Source: an uncultured Methanoregulaceae archaeon (GTDB lineage Archaea; Halobacteriota; Methanomicrobia; Methanomicrobiales; Methanospirillaceae). Taken from it: a stretch of 64,000 bases of DNA. Numbering within the stretch: position 1 is the first letter of the stretch; every line of letters starts with the position of its first letter. Position numbers and translations under genes: made by a program. The stretch lies in the NCBI GenBank assembly GCA_963841015.1, contig CAWJAX010000003.1:512001-576000 (forward strand), given 5' to 3'. This document shows, piece after piece, positions 32,722 to 43,621 of this stretch. The notes under the pieces are model-generated. The model saw only the letters and a list, made by a program, of their open reading frames with translations, made no database searches and was not told the origin of the DNA.

Positions 32722-32820
32722 TTATTTTTTCTCTTCTTTCTTTTCTTCTTTTGCGTCTTTTTTATCGTCTCTTCGTCCTTTTACAGCCTTGACTGCGGCT
32801 ACTTTACCAATTAGTCCCAT
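32722..32820 (-). CDS. Unannotated 32-aa Lys-rich microprotein, copy B
   Basis: MGLIGKVAAVKAVKGRRDDKKDAKEEKKEEKK*, GAGGAGG RBS; paralog of 16738-16827. Confidence 0.75.
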   Translation of the reverse strand: MGLIGKVAAVKAVKGRRDDKKDAKEEKKEEKK

Positions 32821-33201
32821 TCGGTGTTCCCTCCTCAGCTCAACGTTTCAGTAAAGACTTACTGTCTTTTGATGTTGGGCTAATAGATACTTCCGTTGTT
32901 ATTATAAAACTTTATTTGCAATTTGCAAAAATTAGAAGTTTTTTTTTGAATGGGATGGGAAAATAATTGATTCTTAAAATTCTTTTCTCCTGATATCTGC
33001 CTTTCATGGGGCTCCTGCTGCTATGGAATCCCCTGGTAGTGATTGCATCCACACGGGTTCCAATGTCGGTTCCCTATCAGAAAAGAGGTTGAAAGAAAGA
33101 GGTTTTCTCATTTCGGTTTTTCAGTATTGCCTGCAACTACAGGACTGAACTTTCCGAAAGTATGGAGATTCTCACCGGTAAAAAAAATCAATGTCTCAGT
33201 C

Positions 33202-34518
33202 TCATCGCTTTTTCATCAGGATTACGGATACCAAACCCACAAGAGAGAGGGCAACAATGATCGTCATCAGAGACACAGGGGATGCAGTGGTTGGCTGAGC
33301 AACGGGGGTGAGGGCAGCATTGATTACTACCGTCTGCCCGGGGCTTATCGAGCCAGAATCGGTATAGGTTTTATAGCCCTGCATCCGGATTTCAATCGTA
33401 TAGGATTTTGTTGCATCTAGGGGTACATTCTCGAGAGATAACGGGGTGACACCCTTATAGGCATTGTTAATGTAGATATCTCCCCCGCTTGGCTGGGAAT
33501 AGATCTCTGCACTTGCAGTTGTTGGTTTCGCGGAAGCAGGCTGAAGAACCGCCGCTACCTGTGCTGTCGTTCCTGCCACGATCTTTGCAGTTGTCGTGTA
33601 ATCCTGGTATCCTGATTTTTTCAGGACCGTGGTATAGGTTCCGGGAACCAGCGATGTGATGTACAGAGGACCGGAAGAGCGGGTTTCTCCCTGGTAATCT
33701 CCGTTGAGATAGACCGAAGCTCCGGTGGGTGTTGAGGAGACGTCAAGATCACCAGTCGTCGGGCTCGAGATAGGGGAGAGTGTAGCAGACAGGGAGGTGG
33801 TCTGTGCATTGTATACCGTAGCGGTCTGGGTAAAATCCTTATAGCCGGATTTTTTCAGGGTTACCGTGTGAGTACCAACAGCAAGGTTGCCGACTATCTG
33901 GTTAGTGTATCCCTGGTAGATGGTATCCACATACAGGCTTGCCCCAACGGGAAGTGAGGTAACTGAGATTGACCCGTATTGCGCATTCGGTACCAGGGTG
34001 GCGTACACATTGCTTGTTCCACCTGGTTTCACCTCGATGCTGGTAGAGTAGAGCTGGAACCCTGACTTTGACACCTGAACATTATGCCATCCTGTGCTGA
34101 CTGCATTGAACGTCCCGGGAGTGGTAAGCTGGTCATATCCGTTATCCAGGATCGCAGACGCACCCGAAGGATTGGAATTCACGTAGATGTTTCCTGTCTG
34201 GACAACCGGGACTAAGCTTGCGTGAACGGGGATGTGTTGTCCCACTGCAGGATTCCCGGAAAAATACTGACTCCATGGCTGATACCCCGCTAAATTGACG
34301 GCGATCGTATGGCCCGGAGTTCCCGTGACATACACGGTTGCCGTGGTTGGTGTATTTCCAACCGGCGTACTGTCAACCGTAACAGCTGCACCACTGGGAT
34401 ATGACGTGATGTCATAAAATCCTGCATCTCCACCAATAGGAGGCATGACAACAGCCGCGGATGTTATCCCTATCATCGCAATTGCGATAATGAGCATTAC
34501 CAGAAACTTCGTTTTCAT
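33202..34518 (-). CDS. PEGA-repeat cell-surface protein
   Basis: Signal peptide, five S.P.GA...G.TP repeats, C-terminal SP-TM-KKR tail. Confidence 0.9.
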   Translation of the reverse strand: MKTKFLVMLIIAIAMIGITSAAVVMPPIGGDAGFYDITSYPSGAAVTVDSTPVGNTPTTATVYVTGTPGHTIAVNLAGYQPWSQYFSGNPAVGQHIPVHASLVPVVQTGNIYVNSNPSGASAILDNGYDQLTTPGTFNAVSTGWHNVQVSKSGFQLYSTSIEVKPGGTSNVYATLVPNAQYGSISVTSLPVGASLYVDTIYQGYTNQIVGNLAVGTHTVTLKKSGYKDFTQTATVYNAQTTSLSATLSPISSPTTGDLDVSSTPTGASVYLNGDYQGETRSSGPLYITSLVPGTYTTVLKKSGYQDYTTTAKIVAGTTAQVAAVLQPASAKPTTASAEIYSQPSGGDIYINNAYKGVTPLSLENVPLDATKSYTIEIRMQGYKTYTDSGSISPGQTVVINAALTPVAQPTTASPVSLMTIIVALSLVGLVSVILMKKR

Positions 34519-34669
34519 AATAGATCTCAACTGGATTTTTAAATTTATAAACGAATCGCTATTCTCCTTAAAAATAATGCCTTTAAAAAAAGATTCTGGC
34601 AAGTCTGCTATTTTGCACACATGCGTATTAAACAAGGGTAAAGTGTAATTTTAACCCCCTAAATTTTTC

Positions 34670-34790
34670 ATAAAATCTTCGGAAAATAATACTCTAATCG
34701 ATAGTTTTCATGCTCCTGGGGGCTTTTTTTAAAGCCTCCACCCCCGCCGCTGTGGCGACCCCATATCGCGATAGACCCGAATACAGGACA
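34670..34790 (-). repeat. GC-rich structured dispersed repeat, copy 2
   Basis: Reverse complement CCTGTATTCGGGTCTATCGCGATATGGGGTCGCCACAGCGGCGGGGGTG...CCCCCAGGAGC aligns with 6074-6170. Confidence 0.6.
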
Positions 34791-34999
34791 ACACGAAAAG
34801 AATGCTTGAAAATCATAGTCACTTTTTTCATTCCAGTTGTAGTTACATAATTTTTTTTAAAAATGTCGTCGTGAGAATAAAAAAATTTACAGGCTAGATC
34901 GGTACATTACCCTAAACAAAAGTATACTAAAATGGATAACCTGAATTTTAAGTTCAGAAGTTCTCATCATTAAAAAAAATAATCAGGGTCTTTTTAGCC

Positions 35000-36422
35000 T
35001 CATCGCTTTTTCATCAGGACTACGGATACCAGACCCACAAGAGAGAGAGCAGCAATGATCGTGATCAGAGAGACAGGGGATGCCGTGGTTGGCTGTGCCA
35101 CAGGGGTTAAAGCCGCGTTGATTACCACATTCTGCCCGGGGCTTATCGAGCCGGAGTCGGTATAGGTTTTATAACCGTCAAGCCGTAGTTCAATCGAATA
35201 CGTCTTTGTTGCCTCTATCGGCACATTCTCGAAAGATAACGGGGTGACACCCTTATAGGCATTGTTGATGTAGACACCGGCCCCGCTGGGCTGGGAATAT
35301 ATCTCTGCGCTCGCGGTTGTTGGCTTCACCGTCGCAGGCTGGAGAGCCGCTGATACCTTCGCCGTTGTTCCTGCCACGATATTCGCAGTTGTTGAATAAT
35401 CATTGTATCCTGATTTTTTCAGGACCGTTGAATAGGCTCCAGGAGAGAGTCCGGTGATGTAAAGAGGGCCGGAGGAACGTGTTTCTCCCTTGTAAGCACC
35501 ATTGAGATAGACCGAAGCACCGTAGGGTGTTGAGGAGACGTCGAGATCACCGGTGGTCGGGCTTGCGAGCGGGGAGAGCGTGATAGACAGGTACGTAGTC
35601 TGTGCATTATTCACCGTGGCCGTTTGTGTATAATCCTGGTAGCCGGATTTTTTCAGGGTCACGGTGTGGGAACCCACGGCAAGGTTGCTCACGATCTGGT
35701 TGGTGACCCCCTGATAGATGGTATCCACGTACAGGCTTGCCCCGGTCGGATTTGAAGATACTGAAAGTGAGCCGTATTGCTTGGTCTGAACGAGGGTTGC
35801 GTACACGTTACTTGTTTCTCCCGATCTCACCTCTACACCCGTTGAGTAGACCTGGTACCCGGATTTTGATACCTGGATCTCGTGCCAACCGACAGGAACC
35901 GCATTGAATGTTCCCGGCGTGGTAAGCTGGTCATATCCATTATCGAGGACCGCAGAAGCACCTGAAGGATTGGAATTTACATAGATGTTTCCTGTCTGGG
36001 GAACCGGGTTGAGGGTGGCAAAAACGCTGACTGTCTGATCGACAGCCGGGTTCCCGGAATAAAACTGGCTCCAGGTCTGGTAGCCGGATTTGGAAACCGA
36101 GATAGTGTGGTCGGGAGTCCCGGTAGTACTCACGGTAATCGTAACCGGAGTTAATCCATAGTTTGTGCCATCGAATAGTACACTTCCCCCGGTAGGGTCT
36201 GAACTTACCTTGTAGTATCCCTTCTGGCTGCCAGGAGGGGGAGTGGGGGTTGGTGTCAGCTGTTGGAATAGGGGTTGGTGTCGGGGTCGGGGTCGCAGTC
36301 GGTACATCAGCCGGAAGAGTGCTGACTGCCGGTACATCAGCGGGAAGAGTACTTACTGCCGCTGACACTATTCCATTCATCGCAATTACGATGATAAGCA
36401 TTACCAGAAACGCCTTTTTCAT
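35000..36422 (-). CDS. PEGA-repeat cell-surface protein, tandem paralog; +1 frameshift near 36260
   Basis: Closely similar to 33202-34518; the signal peptide and PT linker are in the upstream frame. Confidence 0.85.
36301..36360. repeat. 30-bp tandem duplication encoding AVSTLPADVP x2
   Basis: ggtacatcagccggaagagtgctgactgcc followed by ggtacatcagcgggaagagtacttactgcc. Confidence 0.85.
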
Positions 36423-36505
36423 AATACGATGAACTGGATTTTTAGATTTATATAAGAATCGCTTTGTTTCAAAAAAAGAAGATTCAGGTTCCCTTCTTGA
36501 TTGAA

Positions 36506-36653
36506 TCAGGTTATTAACTGGATCAGGAATACACGGATAATTGTCCCGAAACTGTCAATAACTGCAAAAATTCCGAAGCTCATAGGGCTGGTACGCAGCA
36601 CCGATCAAGGGGTTTGCCATCAGGACAATCACGAAGAGGGTTCCAAGGATCAC
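36506..36653 (-). pseudogene. Possible HdeD/DUF308 C-terminal remnant
   Basis: VILGTLFVIVLMANPLIGAAYQPY / FGIFAVI..FGTII across a frameshift resembles the end of 15998-16552. Confidence 0.4.
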
Positions 36654-36723
36654 TTCGCCTCATTCGCCACTTTTCCTAATCACAAAAGAGACGAGAAATA
36701 AATATGGTTTTTTTTATTCCCCC

Positions 36724-37590
36724 TCATAGGGGATTTACCTTCAGGCCAGCTGATTTGTATATCAGGATCTTTGTTCCCGTTGAATTAAAGAGCGTGAGCT
36801 CATCGCCGGAAATTTCATACTTCGCTGCTGTTGGCAATAACGAGAAGTACTGGGTTTCCTGCTGCATAACCGGCTCTGCACATGCCATCCTCGTAGAGGC
36901 AGGCTGGGTGATGGTAATGCCATTTGACCCAGGAGTTGTGTACGCTGCAGAATACTCATTACACCCTCCTGAACCGGAAAGTTTCCCGTTCGATCCGAAT
37001 ACCGCAGAAGTCTTACTCCCTGCAGTCACTGACTGGATACCTCCCTTGCCATTGTTATAATTGAACAGGTACCAGGTGCCGGTGATCGGGATACTCACTG
37101 CCTTTTTGTAGATCAGGAGTTTCACACCGGTTTTATCGAACAGGGTGAGCTGATCACCGGATATTTCGTACTTCGTTGCCTGCGGGAGTAACGAAAGGTA
37201 CTGGGTCTCCTGTTGCATGACTGGTTCCGCACAAGCCATTAGTGTCGTTATAGGCTGGGTGATGGTGATACCATTCGATGCTGTGGTTGTGTACTCTGCA
37301 TTATACTGATTACACCCGCCTGAGCCGGAAAGTTTCCAGTCAGCACGGAAATCCGCGGTAGTCTGGCTTCCCGTACTTACTGTCTGAATACCTCCTTTGC
37401 CATTATTATAAGAGTCCAAATTCCAGACACCAACAATCGAAGATTGTGATGCAATGGGTTGTGTCACGACGGGTAATTGAGTCGCGACTGGTGCCGGGGT
37501 AGTTGGTGGTGTAGCAGGCTGACTAGTGCATCCTGCAAAGCAAACCATAAGCATAACAATGCCCAGAATCAACAGAAGTAATTTTTTCAT
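36724..37590 (-). CDS. Lipoprotein with two META (HslJ-like) domains
   Basis: Lipobox FAGC; duplicated W.L...SGSGGCN.Y...T.MAC...MQQE..Y units. Confidence 0.9.
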   Translation of the reverse strand: MKKLLLLILGIVMLMVCFAGCTSQPATPPTTPAPVATQLPVVTQPIASQSSIVGVWNLDSYNNGKGGIQTVSTGSQTTADFRADWKLSGSGGCNQYNAEYTTTASNGITITQPITTLMACAEPVMQQETQYLSLLPQATKYEISGDQLTLFDKTGVKLLIYKKAVSIPITGTWYLFNYNNGKGGIQSVTAGSKTSAVFGSNGKLSGSGGCNEYSAAYTTPGSNGITITQPASTRMACAEPVMQQETQYFSLLPTAAKYEISGDELTLFNSTGTKILIYKSAGLKVNPL

Positions 37591-37829
37591 AACTCAATTA
37601 GACAGAACCATTCCACTTAAACGTTTCTTTATGTTTCAAAAAATGTGAGATTACTTTGATCGTCTTGTTCTTCACCAATGGCTCAATTTAAAAATTTTTT
37701 TAAAAAAAAGAAAGGGATTATAAGAATAAGAGCCGGAAAAAATTACATTTTTACAATATGAAGGTATTTTCATCCTTCGAGGTTATCCACCTTAATTATT
37801 TTTTTTGGCAATTCCCCCAAAAATCCTTC

Positions 37830-39111
37830 CTAATCTTTCACCATCACATTCGTACGTGTTGGTGATTCCATAACTTCCTTGAGTTCCGGTGCATCGGCCG
37901 GCAACGATGCCATTTTTCTGGCATACCAGGTGATGGCCGGGTTTGCCGAAATACCGTGTGCAAAGACACTGAATAAAACAGTTGTACTCACTACCACGGC
38001 AATGGTCTGCAATCCGGGTATGTCCGGGGCTTCGTTGAGCGTTATGAGCAGCAGGACAATCGAAGCCAGTCCCCGCGGGCCAAACCACCCGATGAACAGG
38101 ACTGAATCCGTTTTTAATCCGGTTTTTACTAAAGAAAGTGCTACCGGAAGTATCCGGATGAGGGTGAGACTCAGAACTGCATAGAGGATAACAATTTGAG
38201 TGATGCCGGACAGGAGACTTGCTGCAATTACCCCAAAGATGAAAAATACGCCAAGACTGAAAATTTCTCCATCGGTGGAGGTAAATTTTATGATCGATTC
38301 ACCGACTCCCCTGCCCGCGAGAGAGGTAGCCAGTCCCCCCACAAATGCAGCAATGAAACCACTTCCTCCCACCGCGGTTGCAGCAGCATAGGAAATCACT
38401 GCGAGGGCCAGAAAGCCAATCCACTGGAATCTCCCCCGCATCAATCCCTTTTCTATGGCCTTGTTGACGAGATATCCCCCTGCAAGGCCAACAATGAGTC
38501 CTACAAGAATGCCAAAACCTATCTGCTCAAGGGCAAATATGACCCACTCGCTGGCGGGAACAGCGAGGCTCTTCTGCCTGGGCAAGAACCAGAAAGAAGG
38601 CAAAAAACGGGATTGCTCCCCCGTCATTGAGTCCGCTTTCCACGTTCAGCGCCTGTCGTATGCTGGCCGGGACTTTTGGACTATTGACAATCATCTGGCC
38701 AAGTCCGGCATCTGTTGGTGCAAGAATTACTCCTATCAGCGCTGCTTCAGCCAGGGAAAGATCGGTAAAAAGCAGTATTGCTATAACTGCCCCTAAAAAA
38801 ATCGTCAAAGGAAGACCTATTCCCAGTAATCGCGATGGAAAACTCCAGTTTCCTTTCAATTTACGGAAATCCAGGCGGGATGCGTCAGAAAAAAGGATTA
38901 ATACCAGCGCAATTTCTGCAAATACCAGTATTAACTCACTATTTTCACTCAGGGGGATGATATCCAGTCCCTCCGGACTGACCAGCAGACCAATCGCCAC
39001 AAAGATCATCGGGGCAGTAACCATTGACCCTTCGAGGCGATGCGAGACAAGAGAATAGGCAAAAAGTGCAAGGGTAAAAATGATGACACCGATGAGGATC
39101 AGAGACAGCAT
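37830..39111 (-). CDS. CPA1/NhaP-type cation:H+ antiporter; +1 frameshift near 38569
   Basis: LFSDA, LAPTDAGLG, NVESGLNDG, SGFIAAF and WFGPRGLAS motifs. Confidence 0.88.
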
Positions 39112-39269
39112 ACCTAACGAACTAATACTTACGATGAAATCTATAAAAAAGTGCGTTTTATTTCGTGAGGATAAGGTGGTGCCATTCCAGGGATCAATAA
39201 CGTAGAGAATCGGGCAGATAACGAAGGAAAAAAGAAAAAAAATAGATTTTTTTAGAGAAGGTCCACGAT

Positions 39270-39662
39270 TTACTGAGGAACCCCGAATGCCTGCTTGGTG
39301 CCGGGTAACAGGCAGTAGATCAATATCAGTCCGCTGATGATGATAATCGGTGCCATTGCCTCCCAGGATGATCCTCCCAGCACGCAGATGATTCCGTAAA
39401 TCAGGTCAAAGATGGCAATCAAAACCATGAACATCCATCCCTGGGGCTGGACTTCCCACAACATACGAAATACCGCGAGCCAGATGAAGAATAACAGACC
39501 CCAGAAAAATGCCCCGATAAGGCTGAACTGGTAAAATGCAATCGGTCCAAGATAGGTGGGAAGCAGATGTAACATCTGCAACGTATAGATCAACGCGTTA
39601 ACCGCACCGAGAATAGCCAGAAAGGCCAGAATTGTAACGCCAATAGGTCGTTCTTTTGCCAT
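39270..39662 (-). CDS. Small 4-TM membrane protein, cassette copy 2
   Basis: Paralog of 10784-11176. Confidence 0.85.
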   Translation of the reverse strand: MAKERPIGVTILAFLAILGAVNALIYTLQMLHLLPTYLGPIAFYQFSLIGAFFWGLLFFIWLAVFRMLWEVQPQGWMFMVLIAIFDLIYGIICVLGGSSWEAMAPIIIISGLILIYCLLPGTKQAFGVPQ

Positions 39663-39825
39663 AATTCAATCACTCCTTTAAGGAGGAATATTACGACGGC
39701 GGAGTATAAATACGTGGCGAAATCCGGCCAGAAAGAGCCATCAAAGTCGATAAAACGAAAAATACCATGATTTCGTGCACTATCCGGAAATATGGTGAAC
39801 AGAAAAAAAGATTGTTTCAGGATTA

Positions 39826-40098
39826 TTAACCAAGGAGCTTCTTCTTGGCAGCGGAAAACTCTTCGTCTGTCAGCACACCCGATTTGTGCAGGTCCGCCAG
39901 TTTTTGCAGCTCGGCGGTGACATCCTTGGCGGGTGCCGCTGCTGGTGCAGCGGGTGCCGCAGCCATGGCTTCGGTTGCACCCTGCTGCTTAGCCTGCTCT
40001 ACTGCTGCCTGCTGCTGCTGTTGGGCTGCAGCCTGCTGCTGGGCCTGTTGCTGCCCCATTTTCATCCCTGCAACAAGCATTAATCCTCGTCCTCTCAT
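39826..40098 (-). CDS. SHOCT-domain protein, cassette copy 2
   Basis: ELQKLADLHKSGVLTDEEFSAAKKKLLG; GGAGG RBS. Confidence 0.9.
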   Translation of the reverse strand: MRGRGLMLVAGMKMGQQQAQQQAAAQQQQQAAVEQAKQQGATEAMAAAPAAPAAAPAKDVTAELQKLADLHKSGVLTDEEFSAAKKKLLG

Positions 40099-40099
40099 T

Positions 40100-40571
40100 T
40101 TACTTACCTCCTTTGGTAATTAATTTCTGCTCCACACTTCTGATTATTTCTGACGGGATACGACCCTGACTGACCAGTTCTGCACCTGAATGGAGGAGCG
40201 CTTCCTTGAAATGGATTGCCCATGTGTTCTCGAACAAAAGAATTGCAGCAGAGTCTGTTCTTTGGTAAATCTGCTGCAATCGCTTCAAGATCATCAATTG
40301 AGAACCATTCGGCATCGCTCATTGCCTGGGCGAAAGCGCTGAATGCATCTCCGGTATGTTTTCCCATATCCTTTGCTTCCGTGATCAAGATGTTTCCTTT
40401 TGTATCCTTTAACACGAATGCCAGATCTATGATGCGGATGATTTTATTCCTTTCAAGGTTGGAAAGCTCAGGGGCTATCTCACCACTGAACTTGTTCCCG
40501 GGAAACTTTACTACAAGATAGTCTACCGGGCCCATGATTTTACCGGGCTTATTGGTACCTTTTTTTGTCAT
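40100..40571 (-). CDS. DUF1269/DUF6325-like protein, cassette copy 2; +1 frameshift near 40255
   Basis: Paralog of 11748-12212; two frames join at LPKN/SAAILL. Confidence 0.85.
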
Positions 40572-40805
40572 ACTACTCCTTTTCTTTGCCTCTCGATTAT
40601 TGGAGCCGGCATAAGATACTGGTGGATATTCGTAAATAAATATACTGCGATAAATTACAGAGATTGAAAAGTACTGTCCCTGTCATCAACCTGCCATAAA
40701 CATCCGAAAAAACTCCGGTTTTGTCCGGCACATTGCATTTACCAGAATCCAAACTCCTCAGAACACAATTTTAGAATTTTAAAAAGGGGATTATTTAAAA
40801 TGGTA

Positions 40806-41441
40806 TTAGAGTTTTGGGAGCAAGGCGGCAGTTGAGCTCATAAATGCGATGATGACTGCAGACCAAAGACCCATAAGAATGATTACAAGAGTTACCGGTA
40901 TGAGTACAACCAGAACAGCTTTTCCGAGTTCCATTTCGTGGTTTTCCTTGAGACCAATAACCAGAAGGACGAGATACCAGATATACGCAATAATTGATAC
41001 AAACGGGATCCAGCCAAAGAGCAGAAACGGGGTTGCTGCGTACATCGTTGTCTTTATCGTCTGCCGGAAACCTTTCTCTCCACCCAATAGCAGGACAAAC
41101 GCATGGAAAAACAGACCCGAGACAAATATGCCTAACAGGCAAATGAGGAACACGAGATAGACAAAGAGTACTCCCAGGGCAATGACAAAGCCGGAGAAAT
41201 TCGCAACAGCACCCGCTGCAACGCCTCCGATGATTGGGAAGGCCCCCATCGTATCAACCATGGAGGTGAAGGCGGCAAGGCCCATGCTCACTACAACAAT
41301 TCCATACAGGACGGTGAAGATTACGAGGAGGGCTACATAATACTGGTAGGCTGCACCAAGGGATTTTCCGTTTGTTTTTTTAAAGGTCTCCGTGGGAGAC
41401 ATGAGGAATCCCTTCATTTCAGTCATAAAGTCGTTGAACAT
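40806..41441 (-). CDS. YIP1-family membrane protein
   Basis: P.ETF, LLGGEKGF.QT, YAATP and WIP motifs. Confidence 0.85.
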   Translation of the reverse strand: MFNDFMTEMKGFLMSPTETFKKTNGKSLGAAYQYYVALLVIFTVLYGIVVVSMGLAAFTSMVDTMGAFPIIGGVAAGAVANFSGFVIALGVLFVYLVFLICLLGIFVSGLFFHAFVLLLGGEKGFRQTIKTTMYAATPFLLFGWIPFVSIIAYIWYLVLLVIGLKENHEMELGKAVLVVLIPVTLVIILMGLWSAVIIAFMSSTAALLPKL

Positions 41442-41561
41442 AATGGTTAAGATAACAACCACAAGGTATATAATACTTAACGTGTCAATCCGCAGAAAAA
41501 AGCGGGTTTTACTCCTTAACAATTCATCCGGGGTATTTGTTTTTTTAAAAAAAAGATACTA

Positions 41562-41762
41562 TCAGATAAGCCCGAAAAACACTATTCCTCCCGTTATGAC
41601 AAAGACAATCAGGATGACCACACCTATCTTGGTCTGGCATTTATGACATATTCCTGACGGGGTGGGGTGTTCAGGATAGACGTACTTTTCTTTACACAGA
41701 TGACAGGCAGCAGCTGGCTTTCCATCATCGTGTTTTTTTGAATCATGGTGTTTGGCACTCAT
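41562..41762 (-). CDS. Small zinc-ribbon membrane-anchored protein (66 aa)
   Basis: CHLC...CHKC followed by a C-terminal TM helix. Confidence 0.65.
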   Translation of the reverse strand: MSAKHHDSKKHDDGKPAAACHLCKEKYVYPEHPTPSGICHKCQTKIGVVILIVFVITGGIVFFGLI

Positions 41763-42479
41763 GGCTAGAGATAGGAAATAATCGGATATTAACATGAGTA
41801 TTGGTAAACGAGGTCTAACGCCAGAATCTCGAAGGAACGAGAGATATCCTGGAGCTCAATGTCGATAGATCGTGCCAGACACTGATGGGAAGGATCTCCG
41901 GGCAGATGGCTTGCTTTTCCCGGAATTTCCTTTCTGATTTCCCTTTTTTATTAATGCGAAATTGAGATCCGTACGAGCTCTGATAAACCCCTGTCTGATG
42001 CATTCCACTTGCAGTATTTACCTGGAAAAAGTGGTCCTGAAGAAAAAGCAATATTTCGCGTCATTCATAGAAGAAGAATTTTCCGATCTTTGCCTCAAAA
42101 CAGGTGTTCTTTTCCTGCTGACCGTGCTATCCCACCAGACCCTTGTAGTTTCGCCTCCCGATAGGTGCTATTAGCGGTGATTTTCTGCGTCGATTCAGCC
42201 CAGTATAGCCCAATTGGCTGTAGAATGGAGTATTCCGAAAATATTAGTGCTGTTTTTTTGCGAATTAGTGCTGTTTTTGAGGGCAGGAACCCTTCGCGAA
42301 GAGAAGTCTCCGTCGGAGAATGCGATTGCCGGGAATCCACGTCCCCGATGCACAGATTCATACATCCAAACAGGAAAAATAATAAAACAAGGTATATTAT
42401 TTTAAAAACCACATTTTCCAGCTTTGAAAAATCAGGGAATAAATACCATTAATACCTTCCCACAACCAAAATTGAGAAG

Positions 42480-43020
42480 ATGTCCGCACCAAAGTCTGCC
42501 GGCGGTCAGACCCAGGATGAGATTATGGCAGTCTCCCTGTTCAAGCTGGGACTCCGCAGCACAGACACCTTGCTTGAGATTGGCTGCGGAACCGGCAAAG
42601 TCTCGATAGCTGCTGCACAGCGAGTGAAAAAAGTCTTTTCCATCGATAAAAGGCCCGAAGCAATAAAGACTGCACGGGAATCGGCAGAAAAAACTACTCT
42701 GCACAACCTGGAATTTTTTTTGTACGGATGCTGCCGCTTTTCTTGCATCAGACCGTATTTTTGATTGTGCTTTTGTAGGCGGAACACAGCAGCTAACCCA
42801 GATCCTCCCTGTCCTTACAAAAAAAGTGAGGAGAACAATTGTGGTAAACGCGGTTCTTTTGAGCACACTGAGTCAGGCAGTTACGACCATGCAGCAGTCT
42901 GGCATATTATGTGAAGTTGTCCAGGTACAGGTCGCACGATCGCACGAGATTGCGGAAAGCATCATGTTCAAACCGATCGACCCGGTCTACGTGATCGTCG
43001 GGAAGGGAACTGCATGCTGA
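42480..43020 (+). CDS. cbiT: Cobalt-precorrin-6B C15-methyltransferase; +1 frameshift in T run near 42720
   Basis: EIGCGTG SAM motif; DCAFVGG in the shifted frame; IVVNAV; operon context. Confidence 0.85.
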
Positions 43021-43619
43021 TAGGTCTGGGACTGGGGCCGGGAAATCCTGAACTTCTTACCCTGCGGGCTGTACGGCTGCTCAAAGAGGCAGATACGGTG
43101 TTCGTACCGGGACGGATCGCCTATGATCTCGTAGCACCGTATCGTGATGCGGTGATACTCAAATTCCCGATGACCGAGGATGAATCCCTGATCAGGAAGT
43201 GCCTTTTAGAGAATGCAGAGAAGATTGCTTCTGCAGCACAAAGTGGTCTTGCGGTTTTTGGCATTCTGGGTGATCCGAATTTCTTCTCCACATTCTCACG
43301 GTTGTGCAGTATTCTGGCAGAGAAATATCCCGCTCTGGAATACCGGACAGAACCCGGGATCAGCTCAATCACTGCATTTGCGGCTGCTGCCGGTATCTCG
43401 CTCAATGGTGGTTTTACTGTATCCGACGGACCTGAACCCGATTCGCGGATTCTTCTCAAGGTAAAACATCCAAAGGAAAAGGCTGAGGAACTCCGCAGGG
43501 ACGGCTACCGTGAGTTTGTGCTGGTCGAGCGGATGTACTTTGCTGACATGAAAGTGTACAGGAATAACGATCTCCCGGAGAAAAGCGATTACTTAAGCGT
43601 CATGTATGCGAGGCGTTAA
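43014..43619 (+). CDS. cbiL: Cobalt-factor II C20-methyltransferase
   Basis: GLGPGNPELLTLRA, FPM, LGDPNFFSTF and PGISS motifs. Confidence 0.9.
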   Translation: MLIGLGLGPGNPELLTLRAVRLLKEADTVFVPGRIAYDLVAPYRDAVILKFPMTEDESLIRKCLLENAEKIASAAQSGLAVFGILGDPNFFSTFSRLCSILAEKYPALEYRTEPGISSITAFAAAAGISLNGGFTVSDGPEPDSRILLKVKHPKEKAEELRRDGYREFVLVERMYFADMKVYRNNDLPEKSDYLSVMYARR

Positions 43620-43621
43620 TC

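Noticed and set aside
5720-41480. Island-wide CGCA-like motif just upstream of TATA boxes as a regulon signature
   Set aside because: Too variable and not distinguishable from an ordinary BRE without statistics.
42243-42278. Direct repeat ATTAGTGCTGTTTTT x2
   Set aside because: Only two short copies; not a CRISPR array and no evidence of function.
41800-42470. Possible cobalamin riboswitch upstream of cbiT
   Set aside because: No B12-box or conserved core could be identified by eye; an Infernal/Rfam scan would settle it.
42710-42725. Programmed frameshift or phase variation at the cbiT T run
   Set aside because: One of nine uniform +1 insertions, better explained by sequencing error.
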